In this document: in pieces, positions 1-10,015 of the stretch
Layout: the number at the start of each line of letters is the position of its first letter
Position numbering within the stretch: position 1 is the first letter of the stretch
Source: Octopus bimaculoides
Taxonomy: Eukaryota
Assembly (NCBI RefSeq): GCF_001194135.2
Contig: NC_068991.1
Span: 47,876,170 to 47,916,558, forward strand
Direction of reading: 5' to 3'
DNA: 40,389 bases
Position numbers and translations under genes: made by a program
Notes under the pieces: generated by a model
Told to the model about the DNA's origin: nothing
The model's input: only the letters and a program-made list of their open reading frames with translations
Databases searched by the model: none

Positions 1-46
<46 letters not shown>
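1..46. repeat. (TA)n microsatellite
   Basis: Pure TA run at the window start. Confidence 0.99.
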
Positions 47-49
<3 letters not shown>

Positions 50-454
50 GGTTTGTTTTACTGCGCTAATGTTTTAGAGTGTGCTTCTTTCTCGGATATA
101 TAAACTACGGACGATATATATACACATACAAATAAAGAAATAGATGTGAGTGGGTGTGCTTACGTTCGGGTATACACATTTAATACATATGCCTTCTGTA
201 CACACACATTCACACTATTGTTGTGTTTTCAACACACGGCTTCATGACATTCACAATTTTCAAATGAAGATTAGTTTACAATCAGATTGGTTTATTGTCA
301 GAAAAATAAGGATTAACAAAATATATAAATAATGATTGATTGCTGATTAAAAGAAAAGAATGAAAGAGATTAAAATAATTAACAGTTTGGTTTACCTACG
401 TCGTAAACAAACTACAACACTAATATCGATCTATTTCTAATCATGTTATCGTTA

Positions 455-1170
455 TTGTTTAGCCCTAGGTCAATCCTGATCGAGTCGACCTATGATGCAG
501 CTATGACCATCCCCGACTATAGATTACCTATATTTTTTTAACACAGCAGAGTGTGCTTTGAGGGAGATTTTGTTGCTATTTCTACTAGATTGAGTGATCT
601 TGAAGAGGCAACTTTCTTGACGCATTGTTGCTTTATAGAAGGATTTCGTTGATTTCTTTTTTCATTCGATAGGCTTAAAACTACATGTATATGATTGGTA
701 ATATTTTATGGAACCCATGAAGGATAAAATCGAAGTTGATATCGTTGATATTTGAACTCTGAACTTATAGGGCTAATATATATATATTTTTTTCATTGGG
801 GAGGGTTTGTATAAAAACTGTTTTGCGGGAAAGAATTGGAAGTGTGACGTTCATGGCTATCTAAAGAGATTTACGATTATTTTATTAAGGGTATTAATTG
901 TATGAATTTCTAGAGAAAAAAATAAAAAGAAAGGTCACAACCGTTAGTGATATTTGATCTCGGGAATGTGAAGGACGGAACGAGTCGACCTTTTGGCACC
1001 TTAACCCAACGAGGAAACCCTAAGGTAGAGAAGAAGCCCAATCTCTCTTCAAATCACACTCTACCGTCTTAAAATAAAACGACACATTAGATAATAATAA
1101 AAAGACAGAACTGCCACGTCTGGCACGGCTTTGATCACAGACCATAGTGGACCTGGGTTATACAGCAACA
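455..1170. mobile_element. Two copies of an (AAC)n-tailed retroposon (family C): ~455-615 minus and ~975-1170 plus
   Basis: Shared blocks gagggagatttt...ctatttct / aatctctcttcaaatcacactctaccgtcttaa and gacctgggtt...caacaa. Other copies at ~6930-7145, 17060-17220, 17320-17925, 20780-20880 and 38345-38460. SINE versus LINE-tail class is unresolved. Confidence 0.65.
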
Positions 1171-1578
1171 ATATAGCTTATCTAAAGAATATACGGTTTC
1201 TTTAATTAGTCGCGAAAATACAAGCAAGAGTTATTTATACAGTAAAACAGTAGAATCCGGGGAGAAGTAGTGATGTTTATCTATGTCAGTAAAAAGTAAT
1301 ACAAATAAATGAAACGATGAAATAAATCTTGTACCATGAGGAAGATGAAAATTTTACTGTTTCAGAGATAAGTGTTAAGTGTCATGAAAAGAAAATAAAT
1401 ATCTGTACATTTAAGGTGATCTCAGTTTAGTGTCGGAGAAGACAGAGTGAGAGAGCAGCAACAAAAGAGAATTAGAAATGCAAGTGGCATTTATTTTATG
1501 GAATCGTTGTAAACATAAACATTGACAAACAGAGATGTTGAAAGTTGTAAGGTCAGTGAAGAAGAAGAGGGGGGGGGG

Positions 1579-1785
1579 AGAATGAAAAAGAAAGAGAAGA
1601 GAGAGAGCAGAGCAGAAAGGAAAAGAAAAAAAGAAGGAAAGGGAGAAGAATGAAAAAGAAAGAGAAGAGAGAGCAGAGCAGAAAGGAAAAGAAAAAAAGA
1701 AGGAAAGGGAGAAGAATGAAAAAGAAAGAGAAGAGAGAGCAGAGCAGAAAGGAAAAGAAAAAAAAAAGAAGGAAGGGAGAAGAAG
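1579..1785. repeat. ~66-bp purine-rich tandem repeat, 3 copies
   Basis: Unit agaatgaaaaagaaagagaagagagagcagagcagaaaggaaaagaaaaaaagaaggaaagggaga starts at 1579, 1647 and 1713. Confidence 0.95.
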
Positions 1786-2543
1786 GACTACAAAAATAGT
1801 GGCAAACAATAAAAGAAAGACGAAAAAAGTGAAAGAAAAGGAAAAGTAATGAATATGAAAGCCTATAACGTAATTGCTGCAAGTGGGTGGTCGGAATGTC
1901 GAGTGGTTTGTTTGGTCGGAAGCAGTCAGGTTGCTCATATCTACCTTAGTAATAATCAGTTGGAGAGGATTGTATGAACAGGTTCTGACTGACATAATAA
2001 TAATAATAAGCTGAGACAAATACCGATAGGGAAAAAGTCTAAGTAGACAGGAAATACAATAACAATAATAAATTAAAATAATAATAATAACAGCAGTGTT
2101 ATCATAGACAATGGTGAAAAGTTACGTTAGATAAAGTCGGTGAATGAGACAAGGAGGTGGGAAATGGAAAACTTCGGTGGCTAAAAAAGTTTTCTTTTCC
2201 CTCCTAATTCTATCAAAAGCATTTCTGAATTTAGTCAAAAGTAATAGTACAGTAAAGCAGCCTTCCCTTTTATCCTGCTTTTATTTATATTTCATTCTTA
2301 CCGCAATAATTACACACACACACATATATATATATATATGTGTATATATGAGAGAAAAAAAAAGAGACTAATACAAACGAGAGAGAGAAGCCCCCCCCCC
2401 TCTATAGAAGTCTTATTATAACGAAGGTGGTAGTAGAAACAAGTCTATTTTTGACAAGGCAGAAAAGAAAAGAAGCTACTTTAAAAGTGGCGACATGACC
2501 GAGTATGAAAAGAACTAGAACAAAATAAAAAGAACAACCTTAC

Positions 2544-2731
2544 CTTTTCGACCACTTGGTCGACTGGTGCCCTACGGGCCTTTTGTAAAGGCATCCAAAA
2601 TGTTGGACATAATTTTTCCAGTCTGGTGGCTTAAAAGTAAGTGGATCGGCTTCAGGCATGCCGTTCATAGCGCTGTTCACATGTTCTCTGTAAACATAAC
2701 GCCCGCAACAGCAAGGGAAAACACAGGCCAT
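2544..2731 (-). CDS. PLEKHD1: First coding exon of a PLEKHD1-like PH-domain protein (MACVFPCCCGRYVYREHVNSAMNGMPEADPLTFKPPDWKNYVQHFGCLYKRPVGHQSTKWSK-R, phase 2)
   Basis: VQHFGCLYKRPVGHQSTKWSKR aligns with recalled vertebrate PLEKHD1 [22 protein letters not shown] (PH strands beta1-beta2). It ends at a consensus donor AAAAG|gtaagg. The exact start codon (M1 vs M22/M25) is uncertain. Confidence 0.8.
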
Positions 2732-2760
2732 TCGAGCGATACTTTACAAACCATAGCGGC

Positions 2761-2768
2761 TGACGTCA
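2761..2768. promoter_or_regulatory. Perfect CRE/ATF palindrome TGACGTCA in the CpG-rich putative promoter of the PLEKHD1-like gene
   Basis: Exact 8-bp palindrome 30 nt upstream of the ATG at 2731, at the edge of a CpG-retaining zone. Confidence 0.55.
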
Positions 2769-3436
2769 CACGCAACCACACAGTTGCTCCCCTTGTTCTC
2801 TTATCTTCTAATTTCTCTTCTATTTCCCCGTTATAGCATTCTATAGAGAGAAAAACCATATCTCTATTATCCAACACTCCCACTGTGTCTCTTTCCTCTC
2901 TCTTCCTTTCTGCTTATCTATCTATCTATCTATCTAGAACTAATATTAAAGCAACTGACAACCATTGTATTTTTACAAGGGTACGCATGTGTGTGTATAT
3001 GTGTTTTTTGTGTGTCTTTCCGTGTATATATACACTTTCACATGTGTAAAAATATGCAATATATTGTTGCACATACACAAACACACATGCATAACTTAAA
3101 GTGGATGAGAGGTCTTCTTTTGGATAGGATACTAATAAATTGTAGGTAACGTTCCCTTTGATGGGAAGGTGCACAGAATACCAACAAACAACCACATCAA
3201 TTCTATAACACTTCTCGTACCGCTATAGTAGGGACCTTTTACTATCTTATGGTCTCTGCTTGCAGCTAGCTGGACTGAACCATGAGAGTTAATTGAATAG
3301 ATATAAACCACTAATCTCTCCTCTGGTTGTCTGATACCCTGTTTGACTTTCATGAATGGTACTATGTACATAAGATAGCCAAAGATGGGGTATTTGCCAT
3401 AGCTTTTATGAGCTCTCACATGCTGGTGATATTAAT

Positions 3437-3648
3437 TTCAAATTTTGGCACAAGGCCAGCAATTTCGGGAGACGGGGTAAGTTGATTACATTGACCCCAG
3501 TGCTCAACTGCTACTTATTTTATTGACCCTGAAAGGATGAAAGGCAAAAATCAACCTGGGTGGAATTTGAACTCAGAACATAAAGATGAATGAAATGCCA
3601 CTAAACATTTTGCTTGACGTGCTAACAATTCTGTCAGCTCACCGCCTT
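3437..3648 (-). mobile_element. tRNA-derived SINE family B
   Basis: Minus strand reads ggcggtgagctgacagaattgttagcacg...gagttcaaattcc...tgcctttcatcctttcagggtcaataaaataagtagcag...ggccttgtgccaaaatttg. The central part resembles the Meta-type SINE domain (recalled). Confidence 0.85.
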
Positions 3649-3895
3649 CCAGGCTGGTAATATTGAGGCCATGTTTGTCACTTACTGAACTCTGCTAAAG
3701 CCCTATGACCTCTGTTAAAATAGCTGGAACATTAGGTCTAACAGTCTGTGCTCAACAAAGACTGAAATCAGAATTTTTTACATGCAACATACTTTTGGAT
3801 GTCTTCTGTAAATCTCCATGTATAATACACACATTTTTTAATACCAAAACACTTATTAAACTGGGGGTGGGTGTGTATGATATATGGCTGTAAGA

Positions 3896-4172
3896 AGTGT
3901 GGCCTTGAGGTTAGGAAATTGGGCTGTCAATCATAAGGTCGATCATGACTCTGATACCTGGTCTGAGAGGAACATTGTGTCCTTGAGCAAAACCCTTTAC
4001 TTCTCATTGCTCCAGTCAACTCAGTTGAGAATGAACACCAGCAGCAACTGAGAGTTAACCCTGTAAAGGACTGGCATCTTATTCTTGGAAGGCAGGTCAG
4101 TAACTCTCATAATTGCATATATGCCCATAGAAACTAGGATAAGGTGTGGCCTAATGAACCTTTAGGCTTGTG
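3896..4172 (+). mobile_element. tRNA-derived SINE with the same central domain but a different 3' module
   Basis: gtgtccttgagcaaaac...ttgctccagtcaactcag, then accctgtaaaggactggcatc...gaaactaggataag; homologous to 10962-11230. Confidence 0.75.
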
Positions 4173-4282
4173 ACAGACCTATATAAGATACAGGCTTATT
4201 ATACTGCATAGATTTTCACACACATTTTTATAAGGCAGAAACATAATTGATAGAGCTTAATTTTCTTCAGATTATTTTTGTA

Positions 4283-4430
4283 ATGGCTGTGTGGTTAAGA
4301 AGTTTGCTTCCCAACCACATGGTTTCAGGTTCAGTCTCACTGTATAGCACCATGGTACCCTGGGCTAGTGCCTTTACCATAGCCCCTAGCTTTGTGGATT
4401 TGAAAGAAGCCCATTGTGTGTATCTATATA
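4283..4430 (+). mobile_element. SINE family A 5' half
   Basis: atggctgtgtggttaagaagtttgcttcccaaccacatgg...gaaagaagccc; joined to the RTE RT fragment at its microsatellite. Confidence 0.85.
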
Positions 4431-4625
4431 TTGTTGGATCATGTGATGAAAGTCATGGAGAGGGTCATAGCCCAACTAATTAGGGAGAGAGTTAGTTTAG
4501 ACAAGATGCAGTTTGGATTTGTACCAGGGAGAAACACCACTGATGCTATATTTCTGGTAAGACAGCTGCAGGAGAAATTCCTAGCCCAAAATAAACCTCT
4601 GTACTTAGCTTTCGTTGACATGGAG
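4431..4625 (+). mobile_element. RTE LINE reverse transcriptase internal fragment
   Basis: LLDHVMKVMERVIAQLIRERVSLDKMQFGFVPGRNTTDAIFLVRQLQEKFLAQNKPLYLAFVDME; same family as 40132-40389. Confidence 0.92.
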
Positions 4626-4732
4626 TAAACAAATATCACCGTCATAGTGGTGTTGCTCATTTCCAGTCATCTCCAGTAAAACCATTTCCAGTCACCATGG
4701 AATATTACCATTCTTGCAAACTAGTGAGGGTT

Positions 4733-4814
4733 GGTGACAGGAAAGCAAAAGCGGGTGACAGGAAAGCAAAAGCGGGTGACAGGAAAGCAAAAGCGGGTGA
4801 CAGGAAAGCAAAAG
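4733..4814. repeat. 21-bp perfect tandem repeat, 3.9 copies
   Basis: ggtgacaggaaagcaaaagcg starts at 4733, 4754, 4775 and 4796. Confidence 0.97.
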
Positions 4815-4938
4815 TTAACTTTGTTCATTGTTAATTCATTAACTAAAAAGTTAACTTCGATAACCATTAATCAGTTAATTCTTTAAAAATGTAACGGAAG
4901 TTATCGATAAACCGTTAACATTAATTTTTATTATAGAA

Positions 4939-5740
4939 NNNNNNNNNNNNNNNNNNNNNNNNNNNNNNNNNNNNNNNNNNNNNNNNNNNNNNNNNNNNNN
5001 NNNNNNNNNNNNNNNNNNNNNNNNNNNNNNNNNNNNNNNNNNNNNNNNNNNNNNNNNNNNNNNNNNNNNNNNNNNNNNNNNNNNNNNNNNNNNNNNNNNN
5101 NNNNNNNNNNNNNNNNNNNNNNNNNNNNNNNNNNNNNNNNNNNNNNNNNNNNNNNNNNNNNNNNNNNNNNNNNNNNNNNNNNNNNNNNNNNNNNNNNNNN
5201 NNNNNNNNNNNNNNNNNNNNNNNNNNNNNNNNNNNNNNNNNNNNNNNNNNNNNNNNNNNNNNNNNNNNNNNNNNNNNNNNNNNNNNNNNNNNNNNNNNNN
5301 NNNNNNNNNNNNNNNNNNNNNNNNNNNNNNNNNNNNNNNNNNNNNNNNNNNNNNNNNNNNNNNNNNNNNNNNNNNNNNNNNNNNNNNNNNNNNNNNNNNN
5401 NNNNNNNNNNNNNNNNNNNNNNNNNNNNNNNNNNNNNNNNNNNNNNNNNNNNNNNNNNNNNNNNNNNNNNNNNNNNNNNNNNNNNNNNNNNNNNNNNNNN
5501 NNNNNNNNNNNNNNNNNNNNNNNNNNNNNNNNNNNNNNNNNNNNNNNNNNNNNNNNNNNNNNNNNNNNNNNNNNNNNNNNNNNNNNNNNNNNNNNNNNNN
5601 NNNNNNNNNNNNNNNNNNNNNNNNNNNNNNNNNNNNNNNNNNNNNNNNNNNNNNNNNNNNNNNNNNNNNNNNNNNNNNNNNNNNNNNNNNNNNNNNNNNN
5701 NNNNNNNNNNNNNNNNNNNNNNNNNNNNNNNNNNNNNNNG
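4939..5740. other. Assembly gap (N)
   Basis: N run. Confidence 1.
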
Positions 5741-6182
5741 ACCTTATCCTCCATGTTTTTCCTCACCTTGGTGACCTTGGTGTTGTCATACTTATCCAAC
5801 CAGATGAGGTGAAACCTGGGGTGGAAGACAACAATGATGATGATGATGATGATGATTATGAAGATGATGAATATATTCTATAAAATATGCAATTTTAAAT
5901 ACTAATATATTGGATTATCACAGATTATCTCCTCTTGAAGAAATTGCACAATATTGCGTGTTATATAAACGATTATAGATTTTAAAGACAATTTAAGCCC
6001 CCAATAATAAGATGTGTGTTCATCATCATCATCATCATCATCGTTATTATCACCACCATCACCACAACCACTGCAACCACCACCATTACTAACAACAACA
6101 ACAACATCATTGCTATCATCCTCCACCACCATCCACCACCATCACCACCACTACCATCATCATAATAATCATTGCAATCCCA

Positions 6183-6400
6183 TGTTCCCAGGCTTGCATA
6201 GGTTGGACAGAATTTGTTGAGACAGATTTTCTACAGCTGGATGCTATTCCTGTCCTCAACTCTCACCTGTTTCCAAGCAAAGTAATATTATATTTCTCCA
6301 TGGTCAGACATAGTTTTCACAGAAAACTGGGAGCAAACAACATTGCTTGTATGATGGTGATGCTTGCTTACAACCATTACGTGATGCCAAGAAATGGGTA
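6183..6400 (-). mobile_element. RTE-tail-related repeat; other copies at ~19690-19885 and 26230-26345
   Basis: Shared ggttggacagaatttgttgag...ttctacagctggatgc...ctcacctgtttccaagcaaagtaata. Confidence 0.7.
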
Positions 6401-6461
6401 CACCCCCCCACACGTTTGCATACACATACGTGTGCACACACACACACACACACACATATAT

Positions 6462-6810
6462 ACTCTTTTTACTTTTACTCTTGTTTCAGTCATTTGACTG
6501 TGGCCATGCTGGAGCACCGCCTTTAGTCGAGCAAATCGACCCCAGGACTTATTCTTTGTAAGCCTAGTACTTATTCTATCAGTCCCTTTTGCCAAACCAC
6601 TAAGTTACGGGGATGTAAACACACCAGCATCGCTTGTCAAGCAATGTTGGGGGGGACAAACACAGACACACAAACGCTTAGCAGTTTGGCAAAAGAGACC
6701 GATAGAATAAGTACTAGGCTTACAAAGAATAAGCCCTAGGGTCGATTTGCTCGACTAAAGGTGGTGCTCCAGCATGGCCGCAGTCAAATGACTGAAACAA
6801 GTAAAAGAGT
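6462..6810. mobile_element. Two SINE family A 3' halves in inverted orientation (6462-6675 minus; 6677-6810 plus)
   Basis: Arms 6462-6604 and 6677-6810 are reverse complements, about 90% identical by eye, with a 72-nt spacer. Confidence 0.9.
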
Positions 6811-7602
6811 ATACATACATACATGCATACATACTACATGCATGCATGCATACATACTACATGCATGCATGCATACAATGATAACTTTGACTTCTTAGTG
6901 AAGTGTTATCAATGATCCTTTAACACAAGCCAATAAAGGAGTCTCTTGGCAGTCACTTATTCTACACGAAAGAACATTGAAATCTCCTTTACATCTCAAC
7001 CCTACCACCTTAAAAAAAAAAAAATGGAAGGATTACATTGAACAGTACAGTTTCTAGATATATAAAAGATGAATAAGTAATCTTTGATTATATGTCTGTT
7101 TGATCAGGTTTGACCCGGGATCTCACCTGAAGATATCTATGAGTAACAGCAAGAATTGATGTAATACATAATTAGGAATTAACGATTTTGTTTTCTCAGA
7201 GATCACATGGTAATCTAATTAACATGTCAGTTCTCTTACACCATGTAAAGGTTGACTGTTTAGGCTGTCGGATGTTGTGTTTTCTTTTGGGTTTTTTTTT
7301 GTATTGTTATTATTGCTATTATTATTCCTAGTGAAGATAATTACTTATTTTCATTGGTTGTCTTAGAAGTTAAATAGCATCTCTGTCCCATCCATAACTA
7401 ATAAGGGGGAAAAATGAAGGCTTAAACAGAAATGTCCATGATGATGATAGTAGTGGTGGTGGTGGTGGTGTGATATCAACAGTGGTGGAGGTGGAGGCTA
7501 ATGGTGATGGCGGTGCTAATAGTTGTAATGGTGGTGGTGGTGGTGTTAATAATGGTTGTAGTGGTGTGATGATGACAGTGGTGGTGGTGGTGGTGGTGGT
7601 GG

Positions 7603-8515
7603 NNNNNNNNNNNNNNNNNNNNNNNNNNNNNNNNNNNNNNNNNNNNNNNNNNNNNNNNNNNNNNNNNNNNNNNNNNNNNNNNNNNNNNNNNNNNNNNNNN
7701 NNNNNNNNNNNNNNNNNNNNNNNNNNNNNNNNNNNNNNNNNNNNNNNNNNNNNNNNNNNNNNNNNNNNNNNNNNNNNNNNNNNNNNNNNNNNNNNNNNNN
7801 NNNNNNNNNNNNNNNNNNNNNNNNNNNNNNNNNNNNNNNNNNNNNNNNNNNNNNNNNNNNNNNNNNNNNNNNNNNNNNNNNNNNNNNNNNNNNNNNNNNN
7901 NNNNNNNNNNNNNNNNNNNNNNNNNNNNNNNNNNNNNNNNNNNNNNNNNNNNNNNNNNNNNNNNNNNNNNNNNNNNNNNNNNNNNNNNNNNNNNNNNNNN
8001 NNNNNNNNNNNNNNNNNNNNNNNNNNNNNNNNNNNNNNNNNNNNNNNNNNNNNNNNNNNNNNNNNNNNNNNNNNNNNNNNNNNNNNNNNNNNNNNNNNNN
8101 NNNNNNNNNNNNNNNNNNNNNNNNNNNNNNNNNNNNNNNNNNNNNNNNNNNNNNNNNNNNNNNNNNNNNNNNNNNNNNNNNNNNNNNNNNNNNNNNNNNN
8201 NNNNNNNNNNNNNNNNNNNNNNNNNNNNNNNNNNNNNNNNNNNNNNNNNNNNNNNNNNNNNNNNNNNNNNNNNNNNNNNNNNNNNNNNNNNNNNNNNNNN
8301 NNNNNNNNNNNNNNNNNNNNNNNNNNNNNNNNNNNNNNNNNNNNNNNNNNNNNNNNNNNNNNNNNNNNNNNNNNNNNNNNNNNNNNNNNNNNNNNNNNNN
8401 NNNNNNNNNNNNNNNNNNNNNNNNNNNNNNNNNNNNNNNNNNNNNNNNNNNNNNNNNNNNNNNNNNNNNNNNNNNNNNNNNNNNNNNNNNNNNNNNNNNN
8501 NNNNNNNNNNNNNNN
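7603..8515. other. Assembly gap (N)
   Basis: N run flanked by (GGT)n. Confidence 1.
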
Positions 8516-9028
8516 GAGCGAATGGTAAAGATAGTTGTGACGGGGTGGGGATGACAGTAATAATGGTAGAAGTGATGGTGGTGATGTAGTTTTTGGTGGC
8601 GGTGATGACAGTGATGGTAGGGGTCCAGAGGGGTGATAAGGGGGATGATTGGGTTGGGGGTGATTGTAGTAATAGCTGGGATTGCAATGATTATTATGAT
8701 GATGGTAGTGGTGGTGGTAGAGGATGATAGCAATGATGTTGTTGTTGTTAGTAATGGTGGTGGTGGTGGTGATGGTGGTTGCAGTGGTGGTGTTGATGGT
8801 GGTGATAATAACGATGATGATGATGATGATGAAGAGGAGGAACAGCCGGAGGGGTATTACAGTGATGGTGCTGTAATAGTAGTAGTTTTTCCCCCTCAAG
8901 ACAGCCATGACTGAGTAGGCCTGTGATCAGAAATACTTCAGCTGTGACCATTCATGTTTTTTTTTTGGCTTTTCCCATTAGTTCGATGATGGTGTAGTAG
9001 TAGTACTTTTCACAAAAATATTCTTTCA

Positions 9029-9225
9029 ATCTTTTATTTGTTTCAGTGACTTGGCTGTGGCCATGCTGGAGCACTGCCTTTATCGAATGAATCAACCACA
9101 GGACTTATTCTTTGTAAGCCTGGTACTTATTGTATCAGTCTGATTTGCTGAATCACTAAGTTACAGAGACACAAACACACCAGCATCGGTTGTCAAGTGA
9201 TGGTGGGGAGACAAACACAGATACA

Positions 9226-9262
<37 letters not shown>

Positions 9263-9418
9263 GATGGGCTTCTCTCAGTTTCCGTCTAACAAATCCACAC
9301 ACAAAGCTTTGGTCAGACCGAGGCTATAGTAGAAGACGCTTGCCCTATGTGCCATACAGTGGGACTGAACCCAGAACCATGTGGTTGGTAAGCAAGCTGC
9401 TTACCACACAGCTACTCC
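9029..9418 (-). mobile_element. Full-length SINE family A (tRNA-like head, central CA/TA microsatellite, 3' module ending gactgaaacaagtaaaag)
   Basis: Matches many other copies in the window. Confidence 0.9.
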
Positions 9419-9489
9419 TAAAAAATATAATGGGATTTTTTAAAATAGCAAATGGCTGTGGGGGCCCATCAGGGTAAATTAGAAACCAA

Positions 9490-9526
9490 AGAGGGTCTAT
9501 AGGCAAAAAGGGGTTGAGAGCCACTG
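9490..9526 (+). mobile_element. Possible hAT/Charlie-type terminal inverted repeat
   Basis: aaaaaggggttgagagccactg resembles the hAT end aaaaaggttgagaaccactg. A possible opposite-type end cagggataggcagcctttt sits at 21911. No partner TIR was found. Confidence 0.4.
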
Positions 9527-9856
9527 GTCTAGCATAACCATTAGCTTTGTATGTCAAACAAAACAACTTCATATAATTCAAGTTTATGTATATTTCTTTA
9601 CTTTAAAATCTTCTTCTGTTGTTTTTGCTTTTCAGTTTGTAGAACTAAAGTGGTTTATTGACCAAGTCATTAGAGTACCAGACAGACAAACAAATTATCT
9701 TGTGACAATCGTTCTAGCTCTCTGCTTTCCAAGTTCAAATGCTTGCTAAGGTCAACTTTGCATTTCTTCCTTTGGAGCTGATAAATGGTCAATCTTGTAC
9801 TAGGTTTGAATCTCTCTCTCTCAGCTACTCCTAAAAAATGTAAAGGGATTTTTTGC

Positions 9857-10015
9857 ATTGAGAGATTACAGCTCTGGTACTATGGACATGTGATTAGAAT
9901 GTTGCAGGAAAGAATCACAAAATAAATTATTCAAGTCATTCCAACCAACAGGAGATCTTGGAATAGACTAAGATCAAAATGGTTGGATAACATCCATGGT
10001 CTCAGTTGGTCATAG
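9857..10015 (+). mobile_element. Relic C-terminus of a second, older RTE-type LINE
   Basis: IERLQLWYYGHVIRMLQERITK*IIQVIPTNRRSWNRLRSKWLDNIHGLSWS* matches the RTE motif QLRWxGHVxRM...RxRxRWxD. Confidence 0.7.

Noticed and set aside
1411-2019. 202-aa Phe/Ser/Leu-rich ORF resembling a membrane protein
   Set aside because: It is the antisense reading of the purine-rich 66-bp tandem repeat.
1-2543. Exon 2 of the PLEKHD1-like gene (expected FFI.K..FLLYY)
   Set aside because: No matching minus-strand segment with splice sites was seen; it is presumably left of the window.
3132-3419. 95-aa complex-looking ORF; similar ones at 10282-10497 and 28174-28419
   Set aside because: No recognisable domain and no convincing splice sites; cannot be supported without a database search.
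4733-4814. Short regularly repeated unit (CRISPR-like at first glance)
   Set aside because: The repeats are contiguous with no spacers, in eukaryotic DNA with no cas genes.
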